A DNA stretch of 64,000 bases from Bacteroidetes bacterium GWF2_49_14 (GTDB lineage: Bacteria > Bacteroidota > Bacteroidia > Bacteroidales > UBA12481), in contig MEOR01000127.1 of assembly GCA_001769295.1 (NCBI GenBank), positions 31,694 to 95,693 of the forward strand, given 5' to 3'. Shown one piece after another: positions 39,297 to 49,191 of the stretch. The translations under genes were made by a program, and so were the position numbers. Position 1 is the first letter of the stretch, and every line of letters begins with the position of its first letter. The notes beneath the pieces are model-generated. The model saw nothing but the letters and a program-made list of their open reading frames with translations, ran no database searches and was not told the DNA's origin.

Positions 39297-40565
39297 TCGG
39301 ATGAGGGTAAGAAATCCCTTGTATACCCCGCCCTGATAGCTGATATCAGGATAATCGCCATCCTCTGGCTTTGCCTCGGTTTTGTCCTTGTCGTAGCCCG
39401 TAGCTTTTATGACATAATAGTATGTACCCGATGGGCAATCAGCACCGGTATTATTATATTTTCCGTTCCAGCCGCTTTCAAGGGTTTTCGGATCGGCCCA
39501 TTCAAAAACCGGCCTTCCCCAACGGTTATAAATCACTCCGTGAAATGTTTTTAATGAGCGCCCCTTTACCTGGAAATAATCATTGGCCCCATCTTCATTG
39601 GGAGTAAATACATTTGGAATTTCCAGAAGAGAGGAATCTACGCGTATATATTCTTCGTGAGTGTAAGAATATGTGCATTGCTGATATTTTGCGATAACAA
39701 GGCTTGTGTACTGGCCCGGGATTTCAAATTTGAACACATTCTCGGTAGAATGCAGGAGCGTAGAAGTATCTGTATTTTCATAAAACTCCCATTCATAGGC
39801 AATGCTGTTTTCCGAACCTCCATTTGAAGAAGAATCAATGGTAAAGCTTACTTCGAGAGGAGCCTCTCCGGTGAGGGGCTCCATGTTAAAGGTGGCATAA
39901 ACCCCATAGAGTGTAAGAGTAGTATCCTGATAACAACCAAAATCATCAGCCACACGGAAAACATATTTCAGGTGCCCCTTATCCAGCGGCGGCTTGATCC
40001 TGGCAATGCCATTCCGGTCGGACTCTATTCCGGAGCCATCCCAGACGAAATCTGCCTTGGCGAAGGTATTGGTAAAGGGAAATGCATCACCGGTCCAATT
40101 CACCGGATTGACAAAACCCGTGAGAGTTATCTCGGAACCCCCGCAAACAGAGGGCTGATCGGAACGCGTACCGGTGAACCAGGGCTTCATCCCGGTGAAC
40201 ACATGGATTTCGGGAATGTTCTTTGCGGCAGGGCCGGAGAGTCCTGTTACATAGAGACGAATAAGATAATGCCCTCCCTCAGGAAAGTTCCAGCTAACGG
40301 TGGGTCCTGTCCGGATCTGCCCGTTATAGCCGAAATCCCAGGTAAAGGTAACTTGATTGGGATCGAAAGCAGTTCCATCGGCGTTGAGCCCTTCAGCCAT
40401 AAAGATGATGGTTTTTCCAGGGCAGGTTTTGATGGTGTCCCCAATGGGTTGCTTAATCCTGACGGTGTAATCAGCTTCCTGGGCGGTAGCCATACCTGTG
40501 GAGAGAATCAGGGCAAGCAGTGTTGCCGCAAGGCCTGTTACATTTTTCAATCGTTTCGTCATCAA
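39294..40565 (-). CDS. T9SS type-B sorting-domain (gliding-motility-associated C-terminal domain) protein with PKD/Ig-like repeats
   Basis: 423 aa. Signal peptide MMTKRLKNVTGLAATLLALILSTGMATAQ. C-terminal IPNVFTPNEDGANDYFQV...GVIYNRWGRPVF...GTYYYVI signature of the type-B CTD. Confidence 0.8.
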   Translation of the reverse strand: MMTKRLKNVTGLAATLLALILSTGMATAQEADYTVRIKQPIGDTIKTCPGKTIIFMAEGLNADGTAFDPNQVTFTWDFGYNGQIRTGPTVSWNFPEGGHYLIRLYVTGLSGPAAKNIPEIHVFTGMKPWFTGTRSDQPSVCGGSEITLTGFVNPVNWTGDAFPFTNTFAKADFVWDGSGIESDRNGIARIKPPLDKGHLKYVFRVADDFGCYQDTTLTLYGVYATFNMEPLTGEAPLEVSFTIDSSSNGGSENSIAYEWEFYENTDTSTLLHSTENVFKFEIPGQYTSLVIAKYQQCTYSYTHEEYIRVDSSLLEIPNVFTPNEDGANDYFQVKGRSLKTFHGVIYNRWGRPVFEWADPKTLESGWNGKYNNTGADCPSGTYYYVIKATGYDKDKTEAKPEDGDYPDISYQGGVYKGFLTLIR

Positions 40566-40729
40566 AATCAGTGCTTTCGGATTTCAAGGTACAATATTAG
40601 CAAATCTGGCCCAGATTTCGTCCGGCACCCAGGACGCTGGAAAATTACTATTGTTACTTTTGGCCGGTATACGAAATCCTGGTAGTATAACGTCGAAAAA
40701 GAGTTTTCCATACAATTAACAATAAGAAA

Positions 40730-43021
40730 GTGAATAAAATCCTTGATCAATTAAACCCGGTGCAAAGCGAAGCGGTTACAACAACCGATGGTCCGGTGCT
40801 TGTAATAGCCGGTGCCGGCTCGGGGAAAACAAGGGTTCTGACCTACAAAATTGCCTGGCTACTGGAAAAAGGAGTACCAGCCTGGAATATTTTAGCCTTG
40901 ACTTTTACCAACAAGGCAGCACGTGAGATGAAGGACCGGATTGAAAAACTGACCAACCCCAGTGTTTCGAGAAACCTCTGGATGGGAACCTTTCATTCTC
41001 TTTTTGCACGGATTCTCAGGAAGGAGTGCGAGTCAATCGGATATACAAAAGACTTCACTATTTATGATTCCGACGATTCGCGGAGCCTGATCAGAAGCAT
41101 CCTGCACGACATGAAGCTTGATGACCAGGTGTATCAGCCTGCCGAGATACAGCGGAGGATTTCAAATGCCAAGAATCAGCTTATAACAGCCGAAGCCTAT
41201 CAATCGAGAAACGAATGGATTTCAGCCGATGTATCCGCCCGAAGGCCAGAGATGGCAGCAGTGTATCTTGCCTATGGCCGGCGATGCAGAAACGCCGGTG
41301 CGATGGATTTTGATGACCTGCTGGTCAACACGCACCAGCTTTTCCACAATCATCCCGAGATTTTACATAAATATCAGAACCAGTTCATCTATGTATTGGT
41401 GGATGAATATCAGGACACAAACTACGTTCAGTATTCCATTGTTAATCAGATTGTCGGGGTACGTCACAATATTTGTGTTGTCGGGGATGACTCGCAGAGC
41501 ATTTATTCCTTCCGTGGCGCCCGCATCGAGAACATCCTGAATTTCCGGAATGACTATCCCGAATACAAGTTATTCAAGCTTGAACAAAACTACCGGTCAA
41601 CCCAAACCATTGTGGAAGCGGCAAACAGCCTGATCGTTAAGAACCAGGGGAGGATTCCCAAGAATATCTTTTCGGAAAATGAACCGGGTGAACTTATCGA
41701 TATTGTTCAGACCCTGACGGACCAGGAAGAGGGATTTGTAATATCGAACCGGATATTGGACATTCACCTGAGACAACAGGCTGATTTCAAGGATTTTGCT
41801 GTTCTGTACCGGACACATGCCCAATCGAGGGTTATTGAAGAGGCATGCCGTAAACAAAATATTCCCTACAAGATTTATGGAAGCATTTCCTTTTATCAAC
41901 GGAAAGAGATCAAGGATGTGCTGGCCTATTTCAGGCTGATTCTGAACCACCGGGATGATGAATCTTTAAGAAGAATTATCAATTTTCCGGCGCGAGGGAT
42001 TGGAAAAACAACCACTGACCGAATAGCTGAAGCTGCCAATCAGGCGCAGGTCTCACTATTTTCAGTCATTGGAGATCCGGCTTCCTTTGTTCCACAATTC
42101 AATCGCGGAACCGTGGAAAAGCTTATTCAGTTCAGGCGGCTGATAGAGGGTTTCTCAGAGCTTGCCACCACGGCGAATGCTTACGAACTGGCTATGAAAG
42201 TCTTGCAGGGTTCTGGGTTGATTACCGAATTCCAGTATGACCGGACACCGGAGGGGATCAGTAAGTTTGAGAACATTCAGGAATTAGTCAACGGAATCCG
42301 TGAGTTTGTGGTTTCGGCCAGTGAGGAGCCAGAAGATTCAGACCTCATGGGGATGAACACTTTTCTCCAGAATGTGTCGCTGATGACTGATCAGGATAAT
42401 GAAAAACCAGAGGACAGGAATAAGGTCAGCCTGATGACCGTTCATTCAGCCAAAGGGCTGGAATTCAGCTATGTAGTAATTGCCGGGATGGAAGAAGACC
42501 TCTTCCCGTCACAGTTTTCTACGGGAACAGCCAAGGAAATTGAGGAAGAACGAAGGCTATTTTATGTTGCGATAACACGGGCTATGAAGAGGGTTTTGAT
42601 CACTCATGCTAAAACCCGATTCCGGTGGGGCAGCCAGGTCGATTGCCGCCCGAGCCGCTTCATCAGGGAGATTGATCCCCGTTTTTTAAGGCTGAGCGGT
42701 AATCAGCGACAGACCCCTGTGCTGATGGCTGACGAAGAGGAGGATATGCAGAAACCTGCCCTGATCAGACCTCCCATGCGGCGGACCATTCCGGTGAAAA
42801 ATACAGCGATACCTCAGACAAGGGTTGATGAAAATTTTGAACCGGATGACCCCAACAGCATCCAGACCGGTATGACTGTAATGCATTCAAGATTTGGTAA
42901 CGGAAAGGTTTTACAGATTGAAGGAGACGGGAACAATCGAAAAGCCACGGTTTTTTTTAAGGACCACGGTCATAAACAATTACTTCTCAAGTTCGCCAGG
43001 CTGAAGATAAACAGGAGCTGA
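40730..43021 (+). CDS. ATP-dependent DNA helicase, UvrD/PcrA/Rep family
   Basis: 763 aa. Motif I AGAGSGKTRVLT, DEYQDTN, YRS, TVHSAKGLEF. GTG start. Confidence 0.9.
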   Translation: MNKILDQLNPVQSEAVTTTDGPVLVIAGAGSGKTRVLTYKIAWLLEKGVPAWNILALTFTNKAAREMKDRIEKLTNPSVSRNLWMGTFHSLFARILRKECESIGYTKDFTIYDSDDSRSLIRSILHDMKLDDQVYQPAEIQRRISNAKNQLITAEAYQSRNEWISADVSARRPEMAAVYLAYGRRCRNAGAMDFDDLLVNTHQLFHNHPEILHKYQNQFIYVLVDEYQDTNYVQYSIVNQIVGVRHNICVVGDDSQSIYSFRGARIENILNFRNDYPEYKLFKLEQNYRSTQTIVEAANSLIVKNQGRIPKNIFSENEPGELIDIVQTLTDQEEGFVISNRILDIHLRQQADFKDFAVLYRTHAQSRVIEEACRKQNIPYKIYGSISFYQRKEIKDVLAYFRLILNHRDDESLRRIINFPARGIGKTTTDRIAEAANQAQVSLFSVIGDPASFVPQFNRGTVEKLIQFRRLIEGFSELATTANAYELAMKVLQGSGLITEFQYDRTPEGISKFENIQELVNGIREFVVSASEEPEDSDLMGMNTFLQNVSLMTDQDNEKPEDRNKVSLMTVHSAKGLEFSYVVIAGMEEDLFPSQFSTGTAKEIEEERRLFYVAITRAMKRVLITHAKTRFRWGSQVDCRPSRFIREIDPRFLRLSGNQRQTPVLMADEEEDMQKPALIRPPMRRTIPVKNTAIPQTRVDENFEPDDPNSIQTGMTVMHSRFGNGKVLQIEGDGNNRKATVFFKDHGHKQLLLKFARLKINRS

Positions 43022-43039
43022 TGGCGCAGAAAAAATAGC

Positions 43040-43047
43040 TACCTTTG
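43040..43047 (+). promoter_or_regulatory. candidate -7 promoter box (TACCTTTG) for DUF4290-murA
   Basis: Exact TAnnTTTG 23 nt upstream of ATG 43071. Confidence 0.4.
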
Positions 43048-43070
43048 CCACTAAAGAAGTAAACACATCC

Positions 43071-43688
43071 ATGGAATACAATAATAAGCTCAAACGGCTA
43101 AGAATGCCTGAATATGGCAGAATTATCCAGAATATGGTGGACCATGCAGTGACCCTGCCCAGCCGTGAGGAGAGAAACTTAGCCGTGAATACAATTATCC
43201 ACGTGATGGGTAACATCAACCCCACGCTGCGTGACAACCGGGATTACAAACATAAACTCTGGGACCACCTTCATCTGATTGCTGATTTCAAGCTTGATAT
43301 TGATTCCCCCTTTGATGTTCCTACCATAGATTATTTCCTGGCCAAACCTGACAGGGTACCGTATCCGTTTACCCGGATCAAGATCCGTCATTATGGCAAA
43401 ATTGTTGAGCTACTTATTGAAAAGGCTCTTGAAATACCTGAAGAGGACCGGCGTACGGATTTTACCCGGCAGATTGCCAACCACATGAAGCTCTCCTATC
43501 TGACCTGGAACAAGGACAATGTGACGGATGAAATCATTCTGGATGCTTTGCGTGAAGTATCCGGGGGCAGGCTTACCCTTCCTGCAGGCACAATACTTGC
43601 CGATGTCAAGGAATTGCCGCCAAAAACCGTACCCATGAGAAAAAGGCCGGCAAGCAGGCCGGCGCACAATTTCAAGAAGAAATATTAA
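43071..43688 (+). CDS. DUF4290-family protein
   Basis: 205 aa. MEYNNKLKRLRMPEYGRIIQNMVDHA, recalled as the DUF4290 N-terminus. Conserved position immediately upstream of murA in Bacteroidota. Confidence 0.7.
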   Translation: MEYNNKLKRLRMPEYGRIIQNMVDHAVTLPSREERNLAVNTIIHVMGNINPTLRDNRDYKHKLWDHLHLIADFKLDIDSPFDVPTIDYFLAKPDRVPYPFTRIKIRHYGKIVELLIEKALEIPEEDRRTDFTRQIANHMKLSYLTWNKDNVTDEIILDALREVSGGRLTLPAGTILADVKELPPKTVPMRKRPASRPAHNFKKKY

Positions 43689-43699
43689 GGGGGTCTGAT

Positions 43700-45007
43700 A
43701 TGTCCATTTTTGAAATCACCGGCGGGCGGCCCCTCAAAGGTGAGCTTACTCCGCAGGGAGCAAAGAATGAGGCTTTGCAGGTCATCAGCGCCACGCTTCT
43801 GACTAAAGAAAAGGTTACCATTCACAATATCCCGGAAATCCTGGATGTCAGAAACCTGATCACCCTTCTAGCTCAGATCGGTGTTGAGACGTGCCAGATC
43901 GATAACGGAACCTGGAGTTTTAAGGCATCCAGTGTAGATCCGGGCTACCTTGACAGTGAAGATTTTCGCAAGCAGGCAACGCGTCTGAGGGGTTCAGTTA
44001 TGCTTATCGGACCCTTGGTTGCCAGGTATGGTAAGGCCTACATGCCTCAGCCAGGAGGAGATAAGATCGGCCGCCGAAGGCTGGACACACATTTTAACGG
44101 TCTCACCCGCCTCGGGGCAACGGTAGAATACCATGCCGGCAAGGAAAGTTATATTATCACGGGCAAAACCTTAAAGGGGTCTTATATTCTGTTGGATGAA
44201 GCCTCCGTAACGGGAACGGCGAATGTGATCATGGCTGCCGTGTTGACTCCGGGGACAACAACCCTGTTTAATGCTGCTTGCGAACCCTATATCCAGCAGC
44301 TCTGCCTGATGTTGGTAAGAATGGGAGCAAAAATCCAGGGTATCGGATCCAACCTCCTGACCATAGAAGGTGTGGGGAGTTTGAGCGGAACTGACCATAA
44401 CATTCTACCGGACATGATCGAAGTCGGAAGTTTTATCGGGTTGGCCGCTTTAACCAAGTCTGATATCACTATCAAGAACGTGAGTATTCAGAACCTCGGA
44501 ATTATCCCCTATTCATTTGAGAGATTGGGTATTAAAATCAATATCTCCGGGGATGACCTTCACATTCCCGCACAGGATCACTATGAAATTGAGAGCTTCA
44601 TGGATGGATCCATCATGACGATTGCTGATGCTCCCTGGCCAGGGCTCACTCCGGACCTGCTATCGGTTTTTTTGGTTGTTGCCACACAGGCAAAAGGTTC
44701 GGTTCTCATTCATCAGAAAATGTTTGAAAGCAGGCTTTTCTTCGTTGATAAGCTGATTGACATGGGAGCCCAGATAATTCTCTGCGATCCGCACCGTGCC
44801 ACCGTTATCGGACTCGACCGGATGCATACCCTCCGCCCTGCCACTCTCATTTCTCCGGACATCCGGGCAGGGGTTGCCCTACTGATTGCGGCTCTTAGCG
44901 CAGAAGGCACAAGCATCATTCAAAACATTGAGCAGATTGACCGCGGATATCAAAATATCGATGAAAGGCTGAATAGAATCGGGGCATCAATCCGTCGTCT
45001 TTCCTGA
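43700..45007 (+). CDS. murA: UDP-N-acetylglucosamine 1-carboxyvinyltransferase
   Basis: 435 aa. GELTPQGAKNEALQVISATLL, PGGDKIGRRRLDTH (Asp in place of the fosfomycin-target Cys), IEQIDRGYQNIDERL. Confidence 0.95.
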   Translation: MSIFEITGGRPLKGELTPQGAKNEALQVISATLLTKEKVTIHNIPEILDVRNLITLLAQIGVETCQIDNGTWSFKASSVDPGYLDSEDFRKQATRLRGSVMLIGPLVARYGKAYMPQPGGDKIGRRRLDTHFNGLTRLGATVEYHAGKESYIITGKTLKGSYILLDEASVTGTANVIMAAVLTPGTTTLFNAACEPYIQQLCLMLVRMGAKIQGIGSNLLTIEGVGSLSGTDHNILPDMIEVGSFIGLAALTKSDITIKNVSIQNLGIIPYSFERLGIKINISGDDLHIPAQDHYEIESFMDGSIMTIADAPWPGLTPDLLSVFLVVATQAKGSVLIHQKMFESRLFFVDKLIDMGAQIILCDPHRATVIGLDRMHTLRPATLISPDIRAGVALLIAALSAEGTSIIQNIEQIDRGYQNIDERLNRIGASIRRLS

Positions 45008-45101
45008 TCCGGTACCCTGACCTCTGCCAAAATGTCCGCAGAAATTCATTGGCAAATTATTTGAGGTTGCCCAATCGTGCATTAAATCATTAATTCCCGA
45101 A

Positions 45102-45674
45102 ATGTTTATGGACCTAGAAGACAACAAACCGATGGAAGAAAACCAGGGAACAGCCCGGCCGATGGAAAACCAGTCAGGTGAAGAGACAAACAGCAAGAAA
45201 AAAGGTTCCGGGAGAGGCCATAAAAAAGAGTTGGAGGAGCTGGGTGATAAGTTAATAGAGTTGAATGACAAATATCTTCGCCTTTCAGCAGAATTCGACA
45301 ATTACCGAAAAAGAACGCTGAAGGAAAAAATGGAACTTGTCAAATCCGGGGGAGAATCGGTACTGACAGGGGTATTGCCTGTCCTCGACAATCTGGAGAG
45401 GGCTATGTCATCCATTCGCGAAACTTCTGAAATCGGACCTATAAAGGAAGGTATTGAGTTGATATACAATAATTTCACCGATTTTCTGAAACAAAATGGA
45501 GTTACTCCGATTGACTGTATTAAACAGGCTTTTGACAGTGACATTCATGAAGCAATTACAAAAATACCGGTTACCGACCCTGAACAAAAAGGGAAAGTCG
45601 TTGATGTGATTGAAAAAGGCTATTACCTTCACGAGAAGGTGATACGCTACGCCAAGGTTGTTGTTGGAGATTAA
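45102..45674 (+). CDS. grpE: nucleotide exchange factor GrpE
   Basis: 190 aa. YLRLSAEFDNYRKRTLKE, NLERA, C-terminal VIRYAKVVV. Confidence 0.9.
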   Translation: MFMDLEDNKPMEENQGTARPMENQSGEETNSKKKGSGRGHKKELEELGDKLIELNDKYLRLSAEFDNYRKRTLKEKMELVKSGGESVLTGVLPVLDNLERAMSSIRETSEIGPIKEGIELIYNNFTDFLKQNGVTPIDCIKQAFDSDIHEAITKIPVTDPEQKGKVVDVIEKGYYLHEKVIRYAKVVVGD

Positions 45675-45689
45675 TCAGGTTAAGTTTAG

Positions 45690-46835
45690 ATGGCAAAAAG
45701 AGATTACTACGAAGTTCTGGGCGTAGCCCGCAGTGCATCCGCCGAAGAGATAAAGAAAGCATATCGCCAGCAGGCTTTGAAATGGCATCCGGATAAGAAT
45801 CCGGGCAACAAGGATGCTGAAGAGAAATTCAAGGAGGCGGCTGAAGCCTACGAGGTACTGTCTGACGGAGATAAAAAAGCCCGATACGATCAGTACGGTC
45901 ACGCCGGCCTTGGCAATAATGGCGGCGGAGGTTTCGGTGCCGGAGGAATGAACATTGAGGATATTTTCTCTCATTTTGGTGACATTTTCGGAGATTTAGG
46001 TTTTGGAGGATTCGGGTCTTCCCGTGGCCGCCAGCAGCAGGCAAACCGGGGTACCAACCTGAGGGTTAAAGTGAAACTGACACTTGAGGAAATTGTCAAG
46101 GGAACAGAAAAGAAAATCAAGGTAAATAAATATATCCCATGTGACGCTTGCCACTCAACCGGTGCCGCCAACGGCTCGTCCTATTCCACTTGCTCAACCT
46201 GTAACGGGCGGGGCCAGGTATCCCGGGTAACACATACTTTTCTTGGCCAGATGCAGACAACCTCCGTCTGTCCGGCTTGCGGTGGTGACGGAAAAATCAT
46301 CACGCAAAAGTGTACCAGTTGCTATGGGGAAGGCATTCAACAGGGTGAAGAAGTTATGAAGATTAATATACCTGCCGGCGTTCAGCAAGGCATGCAGCTT
46401 TCGATGTCAGGAAAGGGGAATGCAGCCCGTCGGGGAGGTATGAACGGCGATCTTCTGATTTTGATTGAGGAGGCCGAGCACCCGGATCTGATCCGGGACG
46501 GCAATGATCTGGTTTATAATCTTTTCATTTCAATTCCGCAGGCGACCCTGGGGGATGCTGTCGAAATTCCAACAATTGACGGAAAGGTAAAAGTTAAGGT
46601 TGAAGCAGGCACGCAGTCTGGGAAGATTTTGCGGCTGCGCGGCAAAGGCGTTCCCGACCTTAACGGATATGGAAAAGGGGATCTGCTCGTGCGGATTAAC
46701 GTTTGGATACCCAGAAGCCTTTCCCGGGATGAAAAAAAGATTCTTGAAGATCTGGGGCGATCAGATAACTTCGCACCAGCTCCGACAGCAGCCGAGAAGA
46801 GTGTATTCCGGAGGATGAAAGAGATGTTTGATTAG
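45690..46835 (+). CDS. dnaJ: molecular chaperone DnaJ
   Basis: 381 aa. J domain DYYEVLGV...HPDKNPG, G/F region, four CxxCxGxG zinc-finger repeats. Confidence 0.96.
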   Translation: MAKRDYYEVLGVARSASAEEIKKAYRQQALKWHPDKNPGNKDAEEKFKEAAEAYEVLSDGDKKARYDQYGHAGLGNNGGGGFGAGGMNIEDIFSHFGDIFGDLGFGGFGSSRGRQQQANRGTNLRVKVKLTLEEIVKGTEKKIKVNKYIPCDACHSTGAANGSSYSTCSTCNGRGQVSRVTHTFLGQMQTTSVCPACGGDGKIITQKCTSCYGEGIQQGEEVMKINIPAGVQQGMQLSMSGKGNAARRGGMNGDLLILIEEAEHPDLIRDGNDLVYNLFISIPQATLGDAVEIPTIDGKVKVKVEAGTQSGKILRLRGKGVPDLNGYGKGDLLVRINVWIPRSLSRDEKKILEDLGRSDNFAPAPTAAEKSVFRRMKEMFD

Positions 46836-46904
46836 ATCGGCAAATATCCTGGTTCAATTGTAACAAATAACCTAAAACCCTGTCATACTGACTAAAATTC
46901 AATC

Positions 46905-47837
46905 ATGATGAATGAGTTTCTATCGGCGAATTCCGTTGTCAAACAATTTGCCAATCACCTGGCTCTTGACCGTGTAAGCATTTCTGTCCCAGAAGGAAGT
47001 ATTTTCGGGCTGCTTGGACCGAACGGTGCCGGTAAAACAACCCTCATCCGGATCATAAACCAGATTACGGCTCCCGATGAGGGCGAAATCAGGTTCAGAG
47101 GTAAAAAAATAACCTCTGAGGATGTATATCATATCGGTTATCTTCCGGAAGAGCGCGGGCTTTATAAAAAAATGAAGGTTGGTGAACAGGCTCTTTATCT
47201 GGTCCAGCTAAAAGGAATGTCAAGGGTAGAGGGGCTGAAGCGTTTGAAATACTGGTTCGAAAAATTCGAGATCCAATCGTGGTGGGACAAAAAAGTTGAA
47301 GAACTCTCCAAGGGGATGGCACAGAAGGTTCAGTTTATTATAACTGTCCTTCATGAGCCGAAACTCTTGATTTTTGATGAGCCTTTTACAGGGTTTGACC
47401 CGATAAACACCAATCTGGTTAAAAATGAGATTCTGCGGTTGCGTGACATTGGGGCCACCATAATTTTTTCCACGCATATTATGGCTTCAGTTGAAGAGCT
47501 CTGTGATCATATTGCCCTGATCAACCATGGGAAAAACATTCTCAGCGGCAATATTGATGAAGTTAGAAGCCGATATAAGCCCGATACTTATGAACTGCGT
47601 TATAAGGGCGATCCGGAAAAACTCAGGCAAGCTTTAAACTCAGGCGTTACTCTTGAAGAGGAGCTGACGAGGGGTGATCTCAGGCATGTCATCATTAAGC
47701 CTAACCATCGATACCCTGTGAGGGACATGATTTCCGTGATTAATCAGAATGTTGACATTGTATCTTTCGATGAAATGTTACCCGGCATGAATGATATTTT
47801 CATCCGTGCCGTTGAAGAGACCAACCACCCCAAATAA
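46905..47837 (+). CDS. ABC transporter ATP-binding protein (ABC-2/NatA-like exporter)
   Basis: 310 aa. Walker A GPNGAGKTT, signature LSKGMAQK, Walker B LLIFDEP. Confidence 0.9.
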   Translation: MMNEFLSANSVVKQFANHLALDRVSISVPEGSIFGLLGPNGAGKTTLIRIINQITAPDEGEIRFRGKKITSEDVYHIGYLPEERGLYKKMKVGEQALYLVQLKGMSRVEGLKRLKYWFEKFEIQSWWDKKVEELSKGMAQKVQFIITVLHEPKLLIFDEPFTGFDPINTNLVKNEILRLRDIGATIIFSTHIMASVEELCDHIALINHGKNILSGNIDEVRSRYKPDTYELRYKGDPEKLRQALNSGVTLEEELTRGDLRHVIIKPNHRYPVRDMISVINQNVDIVSFDEMLPGMNDIFIRAVEETNHPK

Positions 47838-47855
47838 ACCTCTAAGCCTTCCAAA

Positions 47856-49190
47856 ATGAACAAAGTCAGTCTTATCATACAGCGGGAATACCTAACCCGT
47901 GTAAAGAAAAAGTCATTTATCATTATGACTATTCTTACCCCCGTGCTATTGGCAGCAATGATATTCGTTCCCGGGTACCTTGCAACCAAGGAGGATAACC
48001 AGGAAAAAATCATTGCCGTTGTTGACAATACACACATAACGGAAGGAGCAATACCCCAGGGTACCTACCTTAAGTTCGAGTACATTGATAATCCTGATGT
48101 TGAAAAGCTGAAACAGAATTTTGAGGAGAGTGGCTACTACGCAATTCTGTTCATTCCTGAAAACATTCTGGTTTCTAATAAGGTTCAGCTCTATTCAAAC
48201 CAGCAGACTACCATGCAGGTAAGTGAACATATATCTTCCGCCTTAAAAAATTTCTTCACACAACTGAAGCTTAAAAATGAAAATGTTCCGCTGGATATCC
48301 TGGAACGGATCAAGACGAGCATCAGTGTTGACACCATTCAATGGACCAGCACAGGTGAAGAAAAGGAAGGATCAGCAGGGTTGGTTGCCGGAATCGGGTA
48401 TGTTTCCGGATTCCTGATGTACATGTTCATATTTATGTTTGGTTCTCAGGTGATGCGTGGTGTAATGGAAGAGAAAACCAACCGGATTGTTGAAGTTATT
48501 GTTTCCTCGGTCAGACCATTCCAGCTCATGATGGGCAAGGTTGTCGGGATTGCCCTCGTTGGCCTGACCCAATTTGTGATATGGATACTCCTGACTTTCG
48601 GCATTTTTTTCGGTGCCAAGGGAATTTTGCTTAAGGATAACGGCCAGGCGATGACCAGTGTAACTCAGAGCCTGATGGATGCAAATAACGCCGGTCCTGT
48701 TGCCGCTGCAAAGACCGGTGAATATCAGAAATTGTTCGATGATATTGCAAACAAATTCGGGTCTGTGAATTTCCCCCTGATTATCGGGTGTTTTCTTTTC
48801 TTTTTCATCGGCGGGTACCTGTTGTATGCATCGCTTTTCGCCGCGGTGGGTTCTGCAGTAGATAATGAGACGGACACACAGCAGTTTATGCTGCCGATTA
48901 CAATTCCCATCGTACTGGGACTCTTTGTGATGATCAATGCAATGCAAACTCCAAACAGCACAATTTCGGTCATCTTCTCCCTTATACCCCTCACCTCCCC
49001 GATTGTTATGATGGCCAGGATTCCCTACGATGTTCCCACCTGGCAAATTGTTACATCCGGACTTATTTTGATTCTGACATTTCTTGGGACAATATGGATG
49101 GCGGCGAAAATTTACCGGACCGGAATCCTGATGTACGGTAAAAAGGTAAATTATGCTGAACTTTGGAAGTGGATACGGTATAAAAATTGA
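47856..49190 (+). CDS. ABC-2 type transporter permease (NatB/YhaP-like)
   Basis: 444 aa. One N-terminal TM, a ~150-aa external loop, then a cluster of ~5 TM helices. Follows the ATPase by 18 nt. Confidence 0.8.
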   Translation: MNKVSLIIQREYLTRVKKKSFIIMTILTPVLLAAMIFVPGYLATKEDNQEKIIAVVDNTHITEGAIPQGTYLKFEYIDNPDVEKLKQNFEESGYYAILFIPENILVSNKVQLYSNQQTTMQVSEHISSALKNFFTQLKLKNENVPLDILERIKTSISVDTIQWTSTGEEKEGSAGLVAGIGYVSGFLMYMFIFMFGSQVMRGVMEEKTNRIVEVIVSSVRPFQLMMGKVVGIALVGLTQFVIWILLTFGIFFGAKGILLKDNGQAMTSVTQSLMDANNAGPVAAAKTGEYQKLFDDIANKFGSVNFPLIIGCFLFFFIGGYLLYASLFAAVGSAVDNETDTQQFMLPITIPIVLGLFVMINAMQTPNSTISVIFSLIPLTSPIVMMARIPYDVPTWQIVTSGLILILTFLGTIWMAAKIYRTGILMYGKKVNYAELWKWIRYKN

Positions 49191-49191
49191 C

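Noticed and set aside
39972-40685. 237-aa plus-strand ORF
   Set aside because: It is antisense to the T9SS type-B cargo gene, which has a signal peptide and CTD signature. Its Gly/Pro/Arg-rich composition is typical of a shadow ORF.
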